32,000 bases of DNA from contig JADGIF010000026.1 in the NCBI GenBank assembly GCA_018985225.1, forward strand, positions 1-32,000, written 5' to 3'. Below, piece after piece: positions 12,755 through 21,800 of the stretch. The notes below the pieces were generated by a model. It did no database searches. It was not told where the DNA came from and worked only from the letters and a program-made list of their open reading frames with translations. Source of the stretch: Amoeboradix gromovi X-113 (lineage: Eukaryota > Fungi > Sanchytriomycota). Both the position numbers and the translations under genes were made by a program. Numbering within the stretch: position 1 is the stretch's first letter; each line of letters opens with the position of its first letter.

Positions 12755-13178
12755 ATCATCGTTAAAATTTATGATTTCCGAGAAAACCAAGAATTTTAAC
12801 AAAGAAACTGAACGCCACTCGATTTGCTATGGTGATAGCTCATGCCTCTACTCCATTCAGCCGGGACTTGATAAGAATGCATATAAGTGCATCTTCCTTG
12901 CCGCTATAGCCTCTATCTACTTTCGGATGACAGTTTGTGATGTGTATGTCTTCAGGTTTATTTTCTTCAGAGTACTGCGTATGATGCACCTCTGTGTGGT
13001 TAATGCAGTAGAGTATTTACTCCAATGCAGTTCCTCCTTATGTGCACTTCCACTGCATTTTTAGACAATTATCGGAATTCACTCCTTTGTACAGTAAGAC
13101 AAATCTAGAAAGAGATTACATTGGAACTTTTTATCTCATTTGATCAAAATAAATGGTTTATTTAATTAAATTCGATAG
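12755..13178 (-). mobile_element. IS607/Fanzor2 non-autonomous element, copy A (most decayed)
   Basis: Minus strand: flank ACAG, then a left end with spacing identical to the other copies (12 nt + ATTAAATAAACCATTTAT). Decayed reading QRCIIRSTLKKINLKTY..TNCHPKVDR. Right end AGTTTCTTTGTTAAAATTCTTGGTTTTCTCGGAAATCATAAATTTTAACGATGAT aligns with copies B and D. Confidence 0.8.
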
Positions 13179-13213
13179 CTGTGTTCAAAACTGAATCAAG
13201 GGAGTAACTTCAA

Positions 13214-15364
13214 ATGTCGAATCACTGTGCTTTACATTCGAAATTTAGCTCAGTATGTTTTTATTGCATCATGAGGCTAAATGATCCAGAAAAAACCAGT
13301 CAATTAACATCTAATTTACAGCAATTACATACTCAAAGTTCAGATCTGCAGTTAAGTTGGTTAAATGCGATTAAACAGTCTATTGAATCCATGCATTCGA
13401 CTGTTTTCATGAAATGGTTGACAACTTGCTACTTGTTAGAGTCCTGCTTTGAAATGTTCAAATTTAACAGATCAACCTGTTTTGCACTGGATATTTTAGA
13501 TGATTTTGTAGTCCTGCTTCCTTGCTCAAGAGTCACCAGGCTTTGCATTACCAATTTCTCAATGATTACACAACTCACTAGTAGCGAGAATGTAACCATA
13601 CGCGCAAGTGTTTGTAGATTGCTATACTCAATTGGTATCCATTTGCCTGTGTTTACTAGTATAGACACTGTCAAGTTAACCTTGTCGCTGCTTGCAGTTA
13701 TGAATAAACAAGCCAGCCAATATAAATTGAAGTCTTTCGAGCGCGATGTCATATTACCAATGAGTACAGATGAAGAAATGGCAAGATATATTCCTAGATA
13801 TGTCCAAATTATGCAGGAAAACTGTATGATGACCTTAGGTATGGTTATTTATGGTCGTGTCCATGATATTCCACACAACCACCTGCTAATTAGTTCAATC
13901 CCTCATTTAGGAAACCAACTACTTAAGCATGTACAAGAGCGACGACCTTCATGTTATCCAGAGTCTCAGAAATCAGATGTCGCTGCGTCTGCATTGGCTG
14001 CACTGCTGCAGTTGCCTTTGTATGATGAAGTCGAAGACTTTGATGATGAGGATTGGAGCAATGCATTTAGTAATTTGGAAAAAACTTGCACAACCGAGTT
14101 CATTCAGAAAATTCAAGTAGCTATCAAGTCTCTGCTGTTAGATACGCCCGAAAATATTGAGAAGATGTTGAAGAAACAGATTAAAAAGAAGCACAAGATA
14201 CCTAGGCCCCCAAATGAAGAAGACCATGCTAAGGCAGTTGAATCCACTCACCGTGCTCTAATATCTCTAGTTTCTATCTTGTGCAATCTATCATTCTTTA
14301 GCGATTTAACTACTCGTATCCTAAGCACGATTCCCACTTTGTTGTACATCGTAAAAGAGAAACACATTCCAAAACCACAAGCTCCATTCTACCGCAATAT
14401 ATTGAATGATTTGTGCCTAGCTAAAGGTGTTCATCGCGATCCTAATTTTCATCCAAGTCGGTTTTTACTAAATTCATTTTCAGCTCCTTTGCGTGACACT
14501 ACAATACTCGCATTATTGCGAATACGCAGATGGTTGGTCAGTGTATCTCCAGATTCTGCAGAGAGTGGCGTTCCTGTAGCTGAGGTTTCTCAATCCCCAT
14601 TTTCTGATATTCCATTAGAAATGTGGTCCCCAGACACCGCTTATCTTCTGTATCAACAAGCAAAACAGCTCTCCATGACATGTAGAAGAAGAGGTAACTT
14701 TGCGTTTGCAGACAAGGACTGCAAATATGCGGCTTGCCAATACACCAGCGCTTTACTTCTAACGTCATTCGAAGAAGAGGACTTGCTTATTAGATTACCA
14801 CCTGTAAAATCCTCTGAACCGGCTCTCGAATTTCTACCTCCAATGCTATATTTTAAATCTAAAAGGGTCGCTGATAGATTTATATTTAAAAGTAATCGTG
14901 CAGAATGCTGGTTAAGAGTTCAAGGGATGCATGACAGAGCCAATCTAGATGCTAGCAACGCCATCGAAGAAATGAATATGATGGTGTTCGAACTAGCAGA
15001 AATGTTCCCCTTAGAGCAGAATCACGATAAATCAGATCAGTTAGCTTATAGATCACTGCTAGTAGGTGATGACCTTTGGGAAAAGAATGAAAGGAGAATA
15101 AAAAGAGCAGACGAGTGCTTTTTAGCTGAAAAGAGACAAGAGCAAGACTACTACAACGAAATAAATGCGCGAGAAGAAATGGTTAACGGTGACGAAAATG
15201 AAGAGTATATAGAAGAAGACAGTGATCTAGATGAGGTCCATAAAGTCAAGGGACAAGAAGAGACTGATTACAGTAGTGATGAATTTTTTGAAGATGAAAA
15301 AACTAGAGAAATCCAACAGATTATAGCTGCGTCAAACGGTAATAAGCTTGGAAGACTAGAATAG
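13214..15364 (+). CDS. ARM-repeat plus C-terminal TPR protein with acidic tail
   Basis: 716-aa ORF; N-terminal CFYCIM; helical repeats; TPR motifs RRRGNFAF...AACQYTSAL and SNRAECWL...DASNAI. Confidence 0.75.
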   Translation: MSNHCALHSKFSSVCFYCIMRLNDPEKTSQLTSNLQQLHTQSSDLQLSWLNAIKQSIESMHSTVFMKWLTTCYLLESCFEMFKFNRSTCFALDILDDFVVLLPCSRVTRLCITNFSMITQLTSSENVTIRASVCRLLYSIGIHLPVFTSIDTVKLTLSLLAVMNKQASQYKLKSFERDVILPMSTDEEMARYIPRYVQIMQENCMMTLGMVIYGRVHDIPHNHLLISSIPHLGNQLLKHVQERRPSCYPESQKSDVAASALAALLQLPLYDEVEDFDDEDWSNAFSNLEKTCTTEFIQKIQVAIKSLLLDTPENIEKMLKKQIKKKHKIPRPPNEEDHAKAVESTHRALISLVSILCNLSFFSDLTTRILSTIPTLLYIVKEKHIPKPQAPFYRNILNDLCLAKGVHRDPNFHPSRFLLNSFSAPLRDTTILALLRIRRWLVSVSPDSAESGVPVAEVSQSPFSDIPLEMWSPDTAYLLYQQAKQLSMTCRRRGNFAFADKDCKYAACQYTSALLLTSFEEEDLLIRLPPVKSSEPALEFLPPMLYFKSKRVADRFIFKSNRAECWLRVQGMHDRANLDASNAIEEMNMMVFELAEMFPLEQNHDKSDQLAYRSLLVGDDLWEKNERRIKRADECFLAEKRQEQDYYNEINAREEMVNGDENEEYIEEDSDLDEVHKVKGQEETDYSSDEFFEDEKTREIQQIIAASNGNKLGRLE

Positions 15365-15411
15365 TGAATAAATTATTGATTGTTATTAATAAAGTACTCT
15401 TGATTAAGCAG

Positions 15412-16020
15412 CTTGACTATTTTCTTGAATAAATCATTTATCGCGAATTTGTATACATCTTTGTATCATTTCAAGACTTTTCCAATAGCTTAAACACTCG
15501 ATATTCTTCCTTTTCGCAAATGGTTAATGGAATAAATAGAAGTAATCCCGAATATGTCAAATCTAAAGAAATAACTAACAGGTACAGCATACAAAGACAT
15601 ATGATCTTATATTCTTATCATCGTTCAATACTAGCCAAATGATAAGTAGCTTGTCGAGCAAAGTCGCAACAAACATGGCCACAATGTCTCATCACGCATT
15701 CAAGGAACGCTTGTAGTTCAAGCGTAAGCAAAGAGGAAAGACGATGGTCGAATGCAATGAATCATTTACTAGTCAGACATGTACAAGGTGTGGTACTCTA
15801 AAGAAAACCAACTTACAAAGCTACAGCTGTACAAAGTGTCATTTGCAGATAGATAGAGACCATATGGCTGCAAGGAACATATACATCAAGTATCTGCATC
15901 CTTATTCAATTCCGCCTCAGGGTAGTGCAAGCGTGAGCAATCACTGTAACGGAGCATCTAGCATTAGTTTGTCTGTGGAAATTCTCGATTTTCTCGGAAA
16001 TCAGGACTTTTAGCGAGGAG
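15412..16020 (+). mobile_element. IS607/Fanzor2 non-autonomous element, copy B
   Basis: Left end CTTGACTATTTTCTTGAATAAATC after GCAG. TnpA N-terminus MVNGINRSNPEYVKSKEITNRYSI (ATG 15520). A deletion jumps to the Fanzor2 C-terminus YDLIFLSSFNTSQM...MSHHAFKERL*FK...ESFTSQTCTRCG...CTKC...DRDHMAARNI (in-frame TAG 15714). Ends GAGGAG. Confidence 0.9.
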
Positions 16021-16040
16021 ACAAGGTGATGTTGAAAACA
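15895..16040 (+). ncRNA. Putative Fanzor omegaRNA (scaffold to 16020 plus flank-derived guide); homologues at about 30125-30270 (+), 29480-29615 (-), 12735-12880 (-)
   Basis: Conserved across four copies up to the element end, then abruptly divergent. Hairpin GGAAATT-NNN-(G/A)ATTTTC; possible CCTC(A)/(T)GAGG pseudoknot. The 5' limit is approximate. Confidence 0.7.
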
Positions 16041-16151
16041 ACAGAATTCAAGAAAATCCTTTATAAACCAACAACGACATGTAACCTTAATGGAAATGAA
16101 AATTGTAATAAATTGTCGTGCCATGACCCAACATCAACATGAAGATTCGTA

Positions 16152-16548
16152 GTCCAGGGTCCTAATAGAAAGAAAGCGATGAGGTAAGGGGCACGTCTTT
16201 GATGTGCCCTTCTGGGTCAGTTCTAAGCGGTATTGATATCCACACTCCCATTAACCTCTTCCAAAAGAGGTTGATCTTAGAAAAGCGCCCGTTTCTTTGC
16301 CTCATATTCCAACTATTTAAGGATGGCTGCAAAAATTATAGAATATAAACCGTGTTCTTGACGCTATTGAAGGCGCCTTCGATAGAAAACCCGTCTACAA
16401 CCTTATTTCCATTAATATCATCTTCGTTAGTACAAGCACTGGACCGAGGGTTGAGTAAGAACTTACCGGCAGATAGAAGGAATTGGAAACCAGCTGCCGC
16501 CTAGAGCATATGTAATGAAATACGGGAAATCTCTAGTTTACTTGATCT
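16152..16548 (+). ncRNA. Unassigned structured RNA candidate
   Basis: About nine nested helices; non-Watson-Crick pairs are predominantly G-U on the plus strand; no ORF of 60 aa or more. Confidence 0.55.
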
Positions 16549-16627
16549 ACCTTATTTGAGACTCATCTTAGAAGCTCATCTAGTTTTCCCTGATTGTTCC
16601 GCTAACATTTTTGTAACAGGTTTAAAA

Positions 16628-16987
16628 ATGAGTCAGTCTCTAATGAAGTTGGTAGGATTATCCTTGGGTTTAGCAACTGGAACCCTACTTGTTGTTTTAT
16701 CCTGCGCTATATACGAAAACTGGATACCGCTATTATCAGTATTGTTCTTTTTAATGGCTCCACTTTGCCAATGTTTTAATAGAGATGATTTGAGTGGTAA
16801 CAATCAAATTGTGCAATTTCTGTCATCTGTTTTCGTCTGCTCTGGAGTGTTTTTACCAATTGTGTTATTCAATAACTCAATACTAACGATTGGAGCAACT
16901 GCTATGGTTATTGTCGGCGGCAGTATAGTATATGGATCCATTATGCTATATGGGTTTATGTTCAATGACAGTAGCATGATGTACTAA
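16628..16987 (+). CDS. VPS55: Vps55 / LEPROT family membrane protein
   Basis: LVGLS...LLVVLSCAIYENWIPL...APL; FL....V.SG..LPIVL; four TM helices; ATG at 16628. Confidence 0.9.
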   Translation: MSQSLMKLVGLSLGLATGTLLVVLSCAIYENWIPLLSVLFFLMAPLCQCFNRDDLSGNNQIVQFLSSVFVCSGVFLPIVLFNNSILTIGATAMVIVGGSIVYGSIMLYGFMFNDSSMMY

Positions 16988-17047
16988 TAAATGTTGAGAC
17001 CAATTAATTATTTTGTTTTCGTATTACATTTTTTAAAACATTGCATT

Positions 17048-18536
17048 ATGGTTTGCTTGGGTATTTCTGTTTGCAGTCTGACTGGTCAAGTATTAGTTTC
17101 CCGCCATTTTATTCCAATGTCACGTGCCAGGGTAGAAGGTTTACTCTCTTCTTTCCCTAAATTACTGGAAAGCAATGCGCAACATACTTATTTAGATACT
17201 GATCAAGTTAGATTAGTATTTCAACCTTTAGACAAAGTTTATTTGATTATGATGACAAATAAAAAATCTAATATTTTGCAAGACTTAAATACGCTGAATT
17301 TATTCGCCAAAATTGTTCAAGATACCTGTAGTTGCACTGATCAGGGCGTAACCGAGAAGGGATTTGAGTTGATTCATGCATTTGATGAAGTGATATCTGG
17401 AGGGCAACCTGAAAACTTAGATCTTGGTCAAATCAAAACTATTTTGGAAATGGACAGCCATGAAGAAAAGATTCATGAAATGATAGAGAAGAACAAGGAG
17501 CTAGAAGCCAAGGCCGAATTGAAGCGCAAAGCTAAAGAGATGGATCAGTTAAAGCGAGCTACATCTAAGACTTCTGTTCCCACAATGGCTGCAAATACCA
17601 ATTACAACGCACCTGTGTCGACAATTAATGTACCTTCTGTTTCTGCTCAACCTGTGTATAATCAACCCACTGGTAGAGGTATGAAGTTGGGTGCATCCAA
17701 CCCAAACGATGACTTTCTTTCGTCCTTGCAGCAACAAGTGCAGACTCAGTTGCAGCAGCAGGAAGCTGCCAAACCTGTTATTAAGGCTAAATCTCCTGCT
17801 AAATCTAAAGTAGAGGAAAAAGACGTTCATGTCACGTTGGAGGAGCATTTGACTGCCCAAATACTTCATGACGGAGGAATTTCTAATTGTGAATTAAAGG
17901 GTGAAATCATAATTAAAATTAATAATGAGTCATATAACCAGTGCATAATTGAATACCTACCTGGTAATAGCAACGTGCAGTTTAAATCACATCCATTAGT
18001 CGATAAGAAATCATTTGCTTCTAATTTAATTTCATCAAGGTCTAAGCCATTTCCAACTAAACAGCCGCTTAGTCTAGTTAAGTATAGATGCACGATAGCT
18101 GATGATGACGCATTGCCGCTTCACATAGAATGCTGGCCTAATCCTAATGGAGATGGAACGTCAGATGTAAATTTAGAATACGAATTGCCCGCAGGATCAC
18201 AAACGAGACTAACAGATGTTATAATATCTATAAACATTCCGTATTTGTTATTAACATAGGACTTCAATTCAACCACAAGTAGGCGTTTGTGATGGAAAGC
18301 ACGAGTTTAGCAATAAAGTATTAAGCTGGCATATCCCAATGATTAATAGTAAAGATCCATCAGGACTATTTGAATTTAAAATGCAGAGCGAGTCGAGTAT
18401 ATTTCCAGTACAGGTGGACTTCAAAAGTGAAAACTCATTATTTGGGATAGGAATAAAATCTGTACAACAAGATGAGCAGAATGTTCCGTACTCATTTGAA
18501 TGTAACTGTATGGCAGATCAGTATTTTATAAATTAA
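17048..18536 (+). CDS. RET2: Coatomer delta subunit; two exons (17048-18240, 18260-18536)
   Basis: LVSRHF..MSRARVEGLLSSFPKL, SNILQDL, EMDSHEEKI, FKSHPLVDK, CWP. Spliced C-terminus NIPTSIQPQVGVCDG...LSWHIP...SGLFEF. Confidence 0.95.
18241..18259 (+). other. 19-nt spliceosomal intron GTATTTGTTATTAACATAG
   Basis: Contains the ORF stop; removal restores the delta-COP mu-homology domain. Confidence 0.92.
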
Positions 18537-18804
18537 TTCAATAAATCCATTACATGAAGAATATTGCTCTAACGCTGTTCAATTGAGAACAGTTTTAACC
18601 GCAATTAGAATATGCGTTTAAGCACTTCTGTAACTTATACGTAGTACCTGGGTTCGGCGTCAGATACTCTATGTCCATTACAAGGTGCGCGTAAAAATCA
18701 GCACAAAAATTACACGATTACTTAAAGAATCGTTTATTTTTGCAATCTTTAAACAAACTTAAACGGGAAAAACAAATAAAATAATGAAGTTCATTTATTT
18801 GTAT

Positions 18805-21800
18805 CTAACTCTTTTTGCCATCATACGCCGGGCTTGAGGGGCTATATTGAGGGCTTGAAGGGCTGTACTGCGGGCTAGTTGGACTGTACTGCGGGCTAGT
18901 TGGACTATATTGTGGACTAGTTGGTGAATAAGTTGGCGAAGTAGGGCTGTACTGTGGACTTGTAGGTGAGTAACTGGGGCTGGTTGGTGAGTAACTTGGG
19001 CTGGTTGGTGAATAACTGGGGCTGGTTGGTGAGTAACTTGGACTAGTTGGTGAATAACTAGGGCTGGTTGGTGAGTAACTTGGACTAGTTGGTGAATAAC
19101 TGGGGCTGGTTGGCGAGTAGCTTGGACTAGTTGGTGAATAACTAGGGCTGGTTGGCGAGTAACTTGGACTTGTAGGACTATATCCTGGACTAGTGGGACT
19201 ATATCCTGGACTATTAGGATTGTATCCCGGACTGCTAGGTGAGTATCCTCCATATCCTGGTGACTGCGGTGCATATCCTGGTGACTGGCTATACTTAGGA
19301 CTGTTGCTATAGCCTGGACTACTATGGAATGGACTAGCTATGTTATTGTACCCTGGTGATTGTGGGTTCTGATTAATTGGACTGAACTGACTGTCATTTG
19401 GTAGCATATCTTTTAAATGTACATTTGGGGTCATTTGTCCGTTAATAAAAGGTGTTTGCGCTCCTAGGTAGTTAAACTGCATAGGTGTAGTTGCTGTACT
19501 AAATGCACTACTTGTAATGCTTCCTGGTGTGTTCATTCCGCAGTGCATTCTATCTAGCTCTTCTTCGTTTAACACTACGTCAAAGCTACCTGTTCCTAGT
19601 GGCGCTAATTGACCAAGAATTATATTCTCACTTATTCCGTTGCATGCGTCTGTCTCCCCGAACGCTGCAGCTTCCAACAGTATTTCAACAGTTTCCTCAA
19701 ACGAGCACCTCATCAAAGCTCCGCTTTCCGTTCTGTTAATACCATGTCTAGTTATGGCCATTATGCTACCTTTGCATGTCATTACATCAACAAGTAATGT
19801 CAAATGTCTATAGTTGACATAGGATCCATCAAACTCGATCACGTTTCTCAGCTCCTTCAATAATGCCATTCTACATGCTTCGACTCCCAAAACTTGCATT
19901 ATTTCTATGCAATAGTTGCTGTATGCTTGAGTATAGTCGATTTTAGGATGGCTTAATATCTCTAATAGATTGGTTCCGTCTGTGTCCAGTGCCCACTCTT
20001 CTACATCCTTGAAATCCCCATCACTAGTAATTACTGATTGCTTCTTTCTGGTTAAAAATACTTTGTTTAATCCTTTAATTCCCCGTAGATCTATCATTTC
20101 CAGCAAGTTGGACTCTAATTCCCTTAGTGATGTCTCGTTTACAATATCGTTGATAATTCGAATACGAACGACAGGATTTATTGCATTGTCGTCACTTCCT
20201 ATCACCAGTAGCTCATCTTGAAACGCATACTTAATTTTACGCACTATTTCACCAACAGTTAACCCTTTGTCAATTAAAACAGGTCTATTCAACAGTATCC
20301 TTAACAGCCATGGACTAGGTATATTTGTACTGTCTTCTAATTCAAAATAAGCTTGTACAAAATCCAAATCTTCAGCGACGCTCGTATTTAATGGATCTGG
20401 GTCATAGTGTATCTCTGTTTTTAAAACGCACTTACGCAGGGGACAATGTTCTATATCCACCAATATCTGTTTAGCCTGATCCTTGCTGTTTTTATCCTTG
20501 AGGTAGAGAGTCATTGAAGGTGTTTTGATGTTCTTTGCTACATTTATTATCTCTTTCAATCTAGGCACTCCCAACGTGACATTCTTGCTACTAACACCTG
20601 CAAAATGGAATGTATTCAAGGTCATTTGAGTAGCTGGCTCGCCAATGCTTTGAGCAGCAACAGTTCCAATCATCTCTCCAGGATCTACCAGTGATCTAGA
20701 AAACTTGTATTTGATTTCACCTATTAACCAGTCATATGCTTGTTCAGTCAGACGATATTCTTGCAACACTCTAACCACGCTCAAATAACTACGCAGTACA
20801 ATTCTAAATAACAGAGTAGCGTTATCCTGTGCTTCCTTGCTAATATAATCATTACCCTTTACTATAGTCAGCGACTGCTCCAGTTCCTTTCTCTTTTGTA
20901 TAATGTACGAGGGCAACAGAGTAACTAGGACAGAATCATCGATACTGAATAACTGACGAGCATTCCAGATTAATCTACGCAGGTGAACAGGCAAGGGCCA
21001 TTGGTTCTGGCCGCTAGTAAAAATATATGATCGAAGCAGCTTATAATCCGTCTGTAACTGAGCATACTCTTCCTGTAACAGCTCCTGCTCCGTTGGGCTT
21101 GCCATTATGGCATCATGTGTAGTCTTACATTGTCCAATTAAAAGTCCTCTGTACTTGTACTTTAGTTCAAATTGTTCGTAATTCATTCTTATACAATCTA
21201 TTGATTGTTTTTCTACCTTTAATGCATCCAGGCCGTCTTCACCATAAATAAACTCTATTATATCACCTAAAGAGTTCCTAACTGTACCATCATTTTTAAC
21301 CATCACATCTTCCAAAGCTTTAACTAATCTACGTTGAATATAACCAGTTTCAGCAGTTTTAACAGCAGTATCAATCAGTCCTTCTCTGCCACCCATAGCA
21401 TGAAAATAAAACTCGCTAGGCGTAACTCCTCTCAAATAACTATTTTCTACAAACCCTCTAGCATCTGGGCTGTTGTCGTCTTTTGTGAAATGAGGCAAGG
21501 CCCTGTACCTAAATCCAAATGATATACGTTTACCTTCCACATTCTGCTGACCTACAACCGCACTCATTTGAGATATGTTAATAAAACTACCCTTGCTACC
21601 CGCCACTACCATTTGCTTTACGTTGTTGTGATCCTTTAATGCAGACTGCGCTAGCTTACCCGTTAAATCTCTACACGCATTCAATTCTTTATTCACATCT
21701 GCTTCGAATGATTCCCTCAATGTCATACCCGGCTTCTGCGTTAAATTACCTAGCTGGGCTTCTTGTATAATAACATCAACATTATCCTTACTGGTTGCAA

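Noticed and set aside
12747-13064. 105-aa Cys-rich ORF next to SF3B1 (considered PHF5A)
   Set aside because: No PHF5A motifs; it is the antisense of transposon copy A.
16270-16290. U2 snRNA-like CTAAGATCAA on the minus strand
   Set aside because: The GTGTAGTA branch-recognition sequence is absent, and G-U bias indicates the plus strand.
18795-19274. 159-aa repetitive ORF; repeat array superficially CRISPR-like
   Set aside because: It is an alternative frame of the RPB1 CTD heptads, with no unique spacers.
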